In this document: positions 35,427 through 43,069 of the stretch, one piece after another | Numbering within the stretch: position 1 is the stretch's first letter | How the letters are laid out: each line of letters starts with the position of its first letter | Assembly: GCA_022819505.1 (NCBI GenBank) | Contig: JAJEHD010000018.1 | Location: 560,587 to 624,586 of the forward strand | Source of the DNA: Acidimicrobiia bacterium | Lineage (GTDB): Bacteria; Actinomycetota; Acidimicrobiia; Acidimicrobiales; Aldehydirespiratoraceae | Reading direction: 5' to 3' | DNA: 64,000 nt | Position numbers and translations under genes: made by a program | Notes under the pieces: generated by a model | Database searches by the model: none | The model's input: the letters and a program-made list of their open reading frames with translations, nothing else | Told to the model about the DNA's origin: nothing

Positions 35427-36428
35427 TCAGTCCCTGAGGGCCGGGATGATGCGCTGGCCGTAGGCGTTGAGGGTCTCGTCCTTGGCGTCGTGCATCAGGT
35501 AGATGGCGAACTGGTCGACGCCGAGGTCGCGAAGCTCCCGGAGCCGGTCAACGTGATTGTCGGCGTCTCCGAGGATGCAGAAGCGGTCGATCACCTCGTC
35601 GGGCACGAAGTCGGTGTGCACGTTGCCCGCCTTGCCGTGCTCGGCGTAGTCGTAGCCCTCCCGGCCGGCGATGTAATCGGTGAGGGCCTGGGGCACTCCG
35701 GCGCCGGTGTCGCCGTAGCGGTCCACCAGGTCGGCCACATGGTTGCCGACCATGCCGCCGAACCAGCGAACCTGATCGCGCTGGTGGGCCAGGTCGTCGC
35801 CAACATAGGCGGGAGCGGCCACGCACATGTACAAGTCATCGGGATTGCGGCCCGCGTCGGCGGCGGCCTGGCGCACCGCCGCAATTGTCCACTCGGTTAT
35901 CTGGGGGTCCGCTAGCTGGAGGATGAAGCCGTCGGCCCGCTCGCCGCAGAGCTTGAGGGCCCGCGGTCCGTAGGCGGCCATCCAGATGTCGAGCCGGCTG
36001 CCCGTCGACCACGGCAGTTGCTGCTGGGTGCCGTTGTAGGTGACCTCACGGCCCTCGGCCATGCCCTTGATGACCGTAATGGCCTCGGCCAGGGTGGCGA
36101 GGCTGGTGGGGGTGTGGCCGAGCACTCGCATAGCCGAGTCGCCCCGGCCGATGCCGCACACGGTGCGGTTGCCGAACATGTCGTTGAGGGTGGCGAACAC
36201 CGAGGCCGTGACCGTCCAGTTGCGGGTGCCGGGGTTGGTGACCATGGGCCCGACGATCATGCGGTTGGTGGCCGACAGCATCTGGCTGTAGATCACGTAC
36301 GGCTCCTGCCATAGCACATGGCTGTCGAAGGTCCAGCCGTAGGAGAACCCGTGCGTCTCTGCCTGACGGGCCAGGTCCACGACCCGCCACGCCGGGGGAT
36401 CGGTCTGGAGTACGACGCCGAAGTCCAT
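35427..36428 (-). CDS. Luciferase-like (LLM-class) oxidoreductase resembling methylene-H4MPT reductase / F420-dependent LLMs
   Basis: MDFGVVLQTDPPAWRVVDLARQAETHGFSYGWTFDSHVLWQEPYV...GPMVTNPGTRNWTVTASVFATLNDMFGNRTVCGIGRGDS aligns by eye with Mer-type LLMs. Trimmed from track ORF 35427-36779. Confidence 0.7.
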   Translation of the reverse strand: MDFGVVLQTDPPAWRVVDLARQAETHGFSYGWTFDSHVLWQEPYVIYSQMLSATNRMIVGPMVTNPGTRNWTVTASVFATLNDMFGNRTVCGIGRGDSAMRVLGHTPTSLATLAEAITVIKGMAEGREVTYNGTQQQLPWSTGSRLDIWMAAYGPRALKLCGERADGFILQLADPQITEWTIAAVRQAAADAGRNPDDLYMCVAAPAYVGDDLAHQRDQVRWFGGMVGNHVADLVDRYGDTGAGVPQALTDYIAGREGYDYAEHGKAGNVHTDFVPDEVIDRFCILGDADNHVDRLRELRDLGVDQFAIYLMHDAKDETLNAYGQRIIPALRD

Positions 36429-36448
36429 GGTCCCTGCCCGGTTGGTCT

Positions 36449-37936
36449 CTAGCGGTTCCGGGGGAAGCCGAGGTCCACCGTGCTGTCGGCGGGATCGGGC
36501 CAGCGGGTGGTGATGGCCTTGGCCTTGGTGAAGAAGTGGATTCCCTCGGGGCCGTACATGTGGGTGTCGCCGAACAGCGAGTTCTTCCAGCCGCCGAAGG
36601 AGTGGCAGCCGACCGGCACCGGGATGGGGACGTTGACGCCGATCATGCCGGCGTCGGCGTCGAGCTGGAACTGGCGGGCGGCACCCCCGTCGCGGGTGAA
36701 GATGGCGGCGCCGTTGCCCCACGGGTTCTGGTCGATCAACTCGACGGCCTCGTGGTAGGTGTCGGAGCGCACCACGCACAGCACCGGCCCGAAGATCTCG
36801 TCCCGGTAGACGGTCATGTCGGGGGTGACGTTGTCGAGCAGCGACACACCCAGGAAGAACCCGTCGTTGTCGAAGACGGCCTCGCGCCCGTCCACCACCA
36901 CCGTTGCGCCCTCCTCCGCGCCGATGCCGACGTAGCCGGCCACCCGGTCGCGGTGCTCGCGGGTGATCAGGGGTCCCATCTCGGAGTCGGGGTCGTCGCC
37001 GGGCCCGATGCGCAGCTTGTCCATGCGCACCCTGATGGCGTCCACGAGGGGGTCGCCGGCGTCGCCCACGGCCACCACCACCGACACCGCCATGCAGCGC
37101 TCCCCGGCCGAGCCGTAGGCCGCGGAGACGGCTGCGTCGGCCGCTAGGTCCAGGTCGGCGTCGGGCAGCACCACCATGTGGTTCTTGGCCCCGGCCAGAG
37201 CCTGCACCCGCTTGCCGGCCGAGGTGCCTGTCTCGTAGACGTAGCGGGCGATGGGGGTGGACCCCACGAAGCTGACCGCCGCGATGTCGGGATGGGTCAG
37301 CAGCCGGTCCACGGCCATCTTGTCGCCGTTCACGACGTTGAGCACACCGGGCGGGAAGCCCGCCTCGAAGAACAGCTCAGCCACGAGACGGGGCGCCGAC
37401 GGGTCGCGCTCGGACGGTTTGAGCACGAAGGTGTTGCCGCAGGCGACCGCGTTGGGAATCATCCACAGCGGCACCATCGCCGGGAAGTTGAACGGCGTGA
37501 TGCCGGCCACCACCCCAAGCGGCTGGCGCACGGTGTGCACGTCGACACCTGTGGACGCCTGGGAGTTGAAGCTGCCCTTGAGCAGGTCGCCCAGGCCGCA
37601 CGCGAACTCGATGTTCTCCAGCCCCCGGGCGACCTCGCCCAGAGCGTCGGAGTGCACCTTTCCGTGCTCGGCCGTCAACCGGGCCGCGATCTCGGCGGCG
37701 TTGGCCTCCACCAGATTGCGGAAGGAGTGCATCAGCTTCGTCCGGGCCGCCAGCGATGTGTGACGCCACTCCTCGAAGGCGGCCGCCGACGAGGCGACCG
37801 CCGCGTCGACCTCCTCGACGCTGGCCAGCCCGACCTCTGAGGTCGGCTCGCCGGTAGCGGGGTTGTACACCGGGAGGGCACGGCCCGAGCCGCACTCCAG
37901 GATTGTTCCGTTCACGTAGTGGTGAATCGTCTCCAC
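36449..37936 (-). CDS. mmsA: CoA-acylating methylmalonate/malonate-semialdehyde dehydrogenase
   Basis: FNFPAMVPLWM and AGERCMAVS (catalytic Cys) motifs. GTG start preceded by AGGAGA. Trimmed from track ORF 36449-38128. Confidence 0.9.
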   Translation of the reverse strand: METIHHYVNGTILECGSGRALPVYNPATGEPTSEVGLASVEEVDAAVASSAAAFEEWRHTSLAARTKLMHSFRNLVEANAAEIAARLTAEHGKVHSDALGEVARGLENIEFACGLGDLLKGSFNSQASTGVDVHTVRQPLGVVAGITPFNFPAMVPLWMIPNAVACGNTFVLKPSERDPSAPRLVAELFFEAGFPPGVLNVVNGDKMAVDRLLTHPDIAAVSFVGSTPIARYVYETGTSAGKRVQALAGAKNHMVVLPDADLDLAADAAVSAAYGSAGERCMAVSVVVAVGDAGDPLVDAIRVRMDKLRIGPGDDPDSEMGPLITREHRDRVAGYVGIGAEEGATVVVDGREAVFDNDGFFLGVSLLDNVTPDMTVYRDEIFGPVLCVVRSDTYHEAVELIDQNPWGNGAAIFTRDGGAARQFQLDADAGMIGVNVPIPVPVGCHSFGGWKNSLFGDTHMYGPEGIHFFTKAKAITTRWPDPADSTVDLGFPRNR

Positions 37937-38003
37937 TTGACTTCTCCTGATTCCGGGGATGGGGTGGGTGCCACCGGAGCCCCCTGCTCCAGCGCCGGTG
38001 CGG

Positions 38004-39413
38004 TTACTGCAGGTACTGGGACAGGCCGCGCCGGAGGTAGACGCCGTCGCCGGCCCGGCCCAGGTACTGGCCGTCGTCGATGACCTTCTTGCCCCTGGAG
38101 AACACGGTGTCGACGTGCCCGGTGACACCGACGCCCTCGTAGGCGGAGTAGTCCATGTTCATGTGGTGGTTGTCGACGCTGATGGTCCACTGCTTGTTGG
38201 GGTCATAGATGACGACGTCGGCGTCGGATCCGGGGGCGATGATCCCCTTGCGGGGGTACAGGCCCATCATGCGGGCCGGTGTGGTGGCGCACAGCTCGAC
38301 CCAGCGGGCCAGGCCGATCTCGCCGGTGACCACGCCCTGGTAGATCATGTCCATGCGGTGCTCGACGCCGCCGATGCCGTTGGGGATGGCCCGGAAGTCA
38401 TTCAGGCCCAGCTCTTTCTGCTCCTTCATGCAGAACGGGCAGTGGTCGGTGGACACCACGGCCAGGTCGTTGGTGCGCAGGCCCCGCCAAAGGTCTTCCT
38501 GATGGCCCTCGGCCCGGGACCGGAGCGGCGTGGAGCACACGTAGCCGGCGCCCTCGAATCCGGGCCGGTCCAGATGCTCCTCCAGGCTGAAGTGCAGGTA
38601 CTGCGGGCACGTCTCGGCGAAGACGTTCATGCCGTCGTCGCGGGCGATGGCCACCTGCTCAAGGGCCTCGGAGGCGGACAGGTGAACGATGTACAGCGGG
38701 GCGGCGCCCACCTTGGCCAGCTGGATGGCCCGGTGAGTGGCCTCCGACTCCAGCTCCTTGCGACGCACGTAGCCGTGGTTGACGGGGCTGATCTCGCCCC
38801 GCTCGAAGGCCTGCTCGGCGAGCACATCGATAGCCAGGCCGTTCTCGGCGTGCATCATGATGAGCCCGCCGTTGCCGGCGGCCTGCTGCATGGCCCTCAG
38901 GATCTGGCCGTCGTCGGAGAGCATCACCCCCGGGTAGGCCATGAACAGCTTGAAGCTGGTGATCCCCTCGTTGACCAGCAGGTCCATCTCCTTGAGCGCG
39001 TCGTTGTCGACACCGCCGATGATCATGTGGAAGCCGTAGTCGATGGCGCAGTTGCCCTCCGCCTTGGCCATCCAGGCGTCGAGGCACTCGCGCACGTTCT
39101 CGCCGTACGTCTGCACCGCGAAGTCGACGATCGTGGTGGTCCCGCCCCAGGCCGCGGCCCTGGTGCCCGTCTCGAAGGTGTCGGAGGCGAACGTGCCGCC
39201 GAAGGGCAGCTCCATGTGGGTGTGGACGTCCACGCCGCCGGGAACGACCAGCCGGCCGGTGGCGTCGACGACCTCGGCCCCCTGCTCGGCCGCGACGGCG
39301 ATGTCGCTGCCGGGGCGCAGCACGGCCGTGATCTGCTCGCCGTCTATGAGCACCTCGGCCGGATCCGCGCCGGTCGCGCTGACGACGGTGCCTCCCTTGA
39401 TCAGCGTTGTCAT
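38004..39413 (-). CDS. Dihydropyrimidinase / D-hydantoinase
   Basis: MTTLIKGGTVV...VVPGGVDVHTHMELPFGGT is the cyclic amidohydrolase signature. Trimmed from track ORF 38004-40187. Confidence 0.9.
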   Translation of the reverse strand: MTTLIKGGTVVSATGADPAEVLIDGEQITAVLRPGSDIAVAAEQGAEVVDATGRLVVPGGVDVHTHMELPFGGTFASDTFETGTRAAAWGGTTTIVDFAVQTYGENVRECLDAWMAKAEGNCAIDYGFHMIIGGVDNDALKEMDLLVNEGITSFKLFMAYPGVMLSDDGQILRAMQQAAGNGGLIMMHAENGLAIDVLAEQAFERGEISPVNHGYVRRKELESEATHRAIQLAKVGAAPLYIVHLSASEALEQVAIARDDGMNVFAETCPQYLHFSLEEHLDRPGFEGAGYVCSTPLRSRAEGHQEDLWRGLRTNDLAVVSTDHCPFCMKEQKELGLNDFRAIPNGIGGVEHRMDMIYQGVVTGEIGLARWVELCATTPARMMGLYPRKGIIAPGSDADVVIYDPNKQWTISVDNHHMNMDYSAYEGVGVTGHVDTVFSRGKKVIDDGQYLGRAGDGVYLRRGLSQYLQ

Positions 39414-39463
39414 CTTCGTCTCCTTCTGGGATTTGCCAGTGATGCGACTGGAAGGTCCGGGGG

Positions 39464-40306
39464 TCAGGGAGCGGTCAGTGAGTCGTAGAGGTCGGGCCGG
39501 CGGTCCCGGTAGAAGGCCCACTGTGACCGGACCTCCTCGATCTGGTCGAGGTCGAGGTCGCGCACCACCAGCTCCTCGGTCTGGTCCGAGGCGGTGCCGT
39601 CCACGAACTGGCCCCTGGGATTGGCGAAATACGAGGTGCCGTAGAAGTCGTTGTCGCCCAGGGGCTCGATCCCGACCCGGTTGATGGCCCCCACGAAGTA
39701 CATGTTGGCCACCGCGGCGGAGGTCTGCTCGAGCTGCCAGAGGTAGGCGGAGAGCCCCCGGCTGGTGGCCGACGGGTTGAACACGATCTCGGCACCGGCC
39801 AGCCCCAGGGCGCGCCAGCCCTCGGGGAAGTGGCGGTCGTAGCAGATGTACACCCCAACCGTGCCGACGGCCGTCTCGAACACCGGGTATCCCATGTTGC
39901 CGGGACGGAAGTAGAACTTCTCCCAGAAGCCCTTCACCTGGGGGATGTGGGTCTTGCGGTACTTGCCCAGGTAGGTGCCGTCGGCGTCTATCACGGCTGC
40001 GGTGTTGTACAGGAACCCCGCCTTCTCCCGCTCGTACATGGGCAGCACCAGCACCATCTCGTGCTTGGCCGCCAGCTCCTGGAAGCGCTTGGTGGTCGGC
40101 CCGTCGGGGATGGCCTCGGCGTAGCCGTAGAACTCGGTGTCCTGGACCTGGCAGAAGTAGGGGCCGTAGAACAGCTCCTGGAAGCACATCACCTGTGTGC
40201 CGGCTGCGGCCGCCTCGGCCACGTACTTCTCGTGGAGCTCGATCATCGACTCCTTGTCACCCGTCCAAGCCACCTGGACAATGGCGGAAGTAACGGTTCG
40301 TACCAT
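39464..40306 (-). CDS. Beta-ureidopropionase / N-carbamoyl-beta-amino acid amidohydrolase (CN-hydrolase family)
   Basis: Catalytic triad context FQELF (Glu), YRKTHIP (Lys), ICYDRHFPE (Cys). GGGAGGG before the ATG at 40306. Confidence 0.85.
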   Translation of the reverse strand: MVRTVTSAIVQVAWTGDKESMIELHEKYVAEAAAAGTQVMCFQELFYGPYFCQVQDTEFYGYAEAIPDGPTTKRFQELAAKHEMVLVLPMYEREKAGFLYNTAAVIDADGTYLGKYRKTHIPQVKGFWEKFYFRPGNMGYPVFETAVGTVGVYICYDRHFPEGWRALGLAGAEIVFNPSATSRGLSAYLWQLEQTSAAVANMYFVGAINRVGIEPLGDNDFYGTSYFANPRGQFVDGTASDQTEELVVRDLDLDQIEEVRSQWAFYRDRRPDLYDSLTAP

Positions 40307-40320
40307 TTGCGCCCTCCCGT

Positions 40321-40353
40321 TCTCATGGGATTGCCCGTCCCGGCTCCATGAGA
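40321..40353. promoter_or_regulatory. 8-bp inverted repeat TCTCATGG-N17-CCATGAGA just upstream of the pyrimidine operon RBS
   Basis: Lies between the CoA-binding gene stop (40387) and the beta-ureidopropionase start (40306). It could be an operator, a 5'-UTR hairpin or a terminator for the upstream gene. Confidence 0.35.
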
Positions 40354-40386
40354 GAAAGGGCGATCTTAGCGAACCTGCCGCTGGCG

Positions 40387-40902
40387 TCAATGCTGAAAGC
40401 TGCGGCGAGAGGAGATCACCCCGGTGTCGAAGCCGGACAGGTGCAGGCCGCCGTGGAAGCGGGCGTGCTCGATCTTGAGGCAGCGGTCCATCACCACGTC
40501 GAGGCCTGCGGCGGTGCATCGCCGGGCGGCCTCCGGGCTCCACAACCCGAGCTGCGCCCAGAAGACCGGAGCACCCACTGCGATGGCCTCGTCGGCCACG
40601 GCGGGCAGATCCTCGGAGCGGCGGAACGCGTCGACGATGTCGGGTGTGACCGGCAGGTCTGCCAGCGACGCGTACACCTTTCGGCCGAGGATCTCTGTGC
40701 CGGCCAACCGGGGGTTCACCGGGTACACCTCGAAGTCGGTGGACGACGACAGCAGGTAGGTGAGGACGAAGTAGCTGGCTCGGGCCAGGTTGGCGGAGGC
40801 GCCGACGACCGCCACCGTCTCGGAGCGGTTCAGGATCCGCTGACGCTCGAGCGCGGTCGGCGGCGTCCAGCCCTCGACGGGCGGGTGATCAGCCTCAGGC
40901 AC
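40387..40902 (-). CDS. CoA-binding domain protein (YccU/YneT-like)
   Basis: ..TVAVVGASANLARASYFV..YPVNP..ILGRKVYASLADLP..PDIVDAFR.. is the CoA-binding Rossmann pattern. 8-bp overlap with metY. Confidence 0.8.
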   Translation of the reverse strand: MPEADHPPVEGWTPPTALERQRILNRSETVAVVGASANLARASYFVLTYLLSSSTDFEVYPVNPRLAGTEILGRKVYASLADLPVTPDIVDAFRRSEDLPAVADEAIAVGAPVFWAQLGLWSPEAARRCTAAGLDVVMDRCLKIEHARFHGGLHLSGFDTGVISSRRSFQH

Positions 40903-42193
40903 CGGAGTCCTTCGTGGCCGCTGTCAGGGCCTGGTCGAGGTCCCAGATGATGTCGTCGACGTCCTCCAGGCCGACCGATATGCGCACCATGTCCGGCGAC
41001 ACGCCCCCCGCCTCCAACTCGGCGTCGGAGAGCTGCTGGTGGGTGGTGGAGGCCGGGTGTATGACCAGCGTCTTGGCGTCGCCCACATTGGCGAGATGCG
41101 ACACCATCTGCAGCGACTCGATGAAGCGGGCACCGGCGGCACGCCCGCCCACCACGCCGAAGGTGAAGATGGCGCCCGGTCCCTTGGGCAGGTAGCGGTT
41201 GGCCAGGTCGTGCTGGGGATGGTCGGGCAGGCCCGCCCACAGCACCCACGCCACCCGTTCGTCGGCGTCGAGCCACTCGGCCACGGCCCGGGCGTTGGCG
41301 ACATGGGCGTCCATGCGCAGCGGCAGCGTCTCGATCCCCTGCAGCAGCAGGAAGGCGTTGAACGGGGACAGGCAGGCGCCGACGTCACGCAGCTGCTCGG
41401 CCCGGACCTTCGTGCAGAAGGCGTACTCGCCGAAGTTGTCCCACCAGCGCAGCTCGTTGTAGCTCGGGATCCGATCGACCATGTGCGGGAACCGGCCCGA
41501 GTCCCAGTCGAAGCGGCCCGCCTCCACGATCACTCCCGCGATGGAGGTTCCGTGGCCGCCCAGGAACTTGGTGGCCGAATGCAGGGCGATGTCGGCGCCG
41601 TGGTCCAGCGGGCGGCACAGGTACGGGGTGGCGAACGTCGAGTCGACCGCCAGCGGCAGGCGGTGGGCCTGGGCCACGTCGGCTAGGGCGGCCAGGTCGG
41701 CCACCGCGCCGGAGGGGTTGGCGATGATCTCGGTGTAGAGCAGCTTCGTGTTGGGCCGTACCGCCGCGGCGAAAGCGTCGGGATCGGTTCCGTCGACGAA
41801 CGTCGTGTCGATGCCGAGGCGTCGCAGCGTCACGTCCAGGAGCGTGTAGGTGCCGCCGTAGAGGCCGGCCGCGGCCACTACGTGTTGGCCGGCGGAGGCC
41901 AGCGCCGTGACGGTGAGGAACTCGGCGGCCTGACCGCTGGAGGTGGCCACCGCTCCGATGCCCCCCTCGAGGCTGGCCATGCGCTCCTCGAAGGCCGCGT
42001 TCGTCGGGTTGGAGATCCGCGTGTAGAACGGGCCGTACTTCTGGAGGGCGAACAGGTCGGCGGCATCGGCGGTGTCCTCGAACACGAAGCTCGTCGACTG
42101 GTAGATGGGCACCGCCCTAGCGCCGGTGGTGGGGTCGGGTTGGCCGCCTGCGTGCAGGGCCCGGGTACGGAACCCCCAATTCCGGTCTTCCAT
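40895..42193 (-). CDS. metY: O-acetylhomoserine sulfhydrylase (aminocarboxypropyltransferase), PLP-dependent
   Basis: [21 protein letters not shown]-like N-terminus and PLP lysine motif [11 protein letters not shown]. Trimmed from track ORF 40895-42325 to the ATG at 42193. Confidence 0.9.
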   Translation of the reverse strand: MEDRNWGFRTRALHAGGQPDPTTGARAVPIYQSTSFVFEDTADAADLFALQKYGPFYTRISNPTNAAFEERMASLEGGIGAVATSSGQAAEFLTVTALASAGQHVVAAAGLYGGTYTLLDVTLRRLGIDTTFVDGTDPDAFAAAVRPNTKLLYTEIIANPSGAVADLAALADVAQAHRLPLAVDSTFATPYLCRPLDHGADIALHSATKFLGGHGTSIAGVIVEAGRFDWDSGRFPHMVDRIPSYNELRWWDNFGEYAFCTKVRAEQLRDVGACLSPFNAFLLLQGIETLPLRMDAHVANARAVAEWLDADERVAWVLWAGLPDHPQHDLANRYLPKGPGAIFTFGVVGGRAAGARFIESLQMVSHLANVGDAKTLVIHPASTTHQQLSDAELEAGGVSPDMVRISVGLEDVDDIIWDLDQALTAATKDSGA

Positions 42194-42200
42194 GCCTTGA

Positions 42201-42430
42201 CGATACTCATCCCGGACTCGTCCCGGCCGGCGGGTCCTGTCGCCGAGCCGAGATGATCGACACGGGCTTCGCCCTATTCGTCGGTCATCTGACTCGTCGC
42301 CACCCCCCGGCCTGGCGATACTCATCCCGGACTCGTCCCGGCCGGCGGGTCCTGTCGCCGAGCCGAGATGACCGACACGGGCTTCGCCCTATTCGTCGGT
42401 CATCTGACTCGTCGCCACCCCCCGGCCTGG
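42201..42430. repeat. Direct tandem duplication, 2 x 115 bp, one mismatch (42257 T vs 42372 C)
   Basis: Read directly: unit 1 is 42201-42315 and unit 2 is 42316-42430. Each unit holds an extended hairpin, AGATGA(T/C)CGAC..GGGCttcGCCC..GTCGGTCATCT (42251-42290 and 42366-42405). Confidence 0.95.
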
Positions 42431-42544
42431 CGCACCGCGCACTCTCGTGGGGGATGCGCCGGGGTACGGTTCGGAGTTGTGGGCTCGTTCAGTCGCGAGA
42501 CGGTGGCTTTCGAGTCGTCTGACACCTCAGTGGTGGTGCGGGCC

Positions 42545-42970
42545 ATGCAGACCCTGGCGGCCCGGGGCGACGGGCTGGGCTGGATCAACATCGGTCCCGG
42601 CCTGCGAGACGATCAGATCGACAGGCTCCCTGCGCCGACGGCACTGGACCGGTGGTTCTCCGGTCGGGGGCCGGCGGTGCCCATGGCGACGTGGACCCCG
42701 CCCCGGGGGGTTTCCGGCGATTCGCAGCCGACGGTGGGCGTGGCCCATGGGGCGGGCCCCAAGGCGCTGAACCGGCTCCGCGACGCCGGGCTGCCGCTGC
42801 CGCCGGGCTGGCGCAAGGTTCAGGACCACGCCAAGCACGGCATCGTCGTCCATCCGATGCCGGGTGCGGCCCATGACGAGGTGCTCGAGTGGCTGCTGGC
42901 GGCCTGCTGGTCGCTGTGCCCCATCGAGATCGAGGACCACTGGCTGGCGGAGGTCCACCGCCCTACGTAG
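42545..42970 (+). CDS. Hypothetical protein (start uncertain; ORF is open from 42368, inside the tandem repeat)
   Basis: High GC3 from about 42545 (MQTLAARGDGLGWINIGPGLRDDQIDRLP...). No family recognised. Confidence 0.5.
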   Translation: MQTLAARGDGLGWINIGPGLRDDQIDRLPAPTALDRWFSGRGPAVPMATWTPPRGVSGDSQPTVGVAHGAGPKALNRLRDAGLPLPPGWRKVQDHAKHGIVVHPMPGAAHDEVLEWLLAACWSLCPIEIEDHWLAEVHRPT

Positions 42971-43005
42971 GTTCCGGCCCTCGTTGCCGCGCCGACTGAT
43001 TCCCC

Positions 43006-43068
43006 GGCATCGAAATCTGTAGAGAAACCCGTCATATAGGGGTATGACCCGCACAGATTTGGAATGCC
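43006..43068. terminator. AT-rich nested hairpin between convergent genes (bidirectional terminator or small structured RNA)
   Basis: Outer stem GGCAT..AAATCTGT / ACAGATTT..ATGCC and inner stem GTCATA-tagggg-TATGAC. Confidence 0.4.
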
Positions 43069-43069
43069 C

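Noticed and set aside
42194-42440. Calling the metY leader repeat a SAM-IV (or SAM-I, SAH or guanidine) riboswitch
   Set aside because: I compared the minus-strand RNA with the consensus cores as I remember them (for example GGUCAUGAGUGCCAGCG...GCAACC...GGUGCCCCGGGUGAUGACC for SAM-IV) and found no convincing match. I report it only as an unclassified structured repeat pending a covariance-model scan.
42253-42522. 89-aa ORF beginning MIDTGFALFVGHLTRRHPPAW
   Set aside because: Its first 21 codons duplicate the start of ORF 42368-42970, created by the 115-bp duplication. Because 115 is not divisible by 3, the ORF then reads the second copy out of frame. It is most likely a by-product of the duplication rather than a gene.
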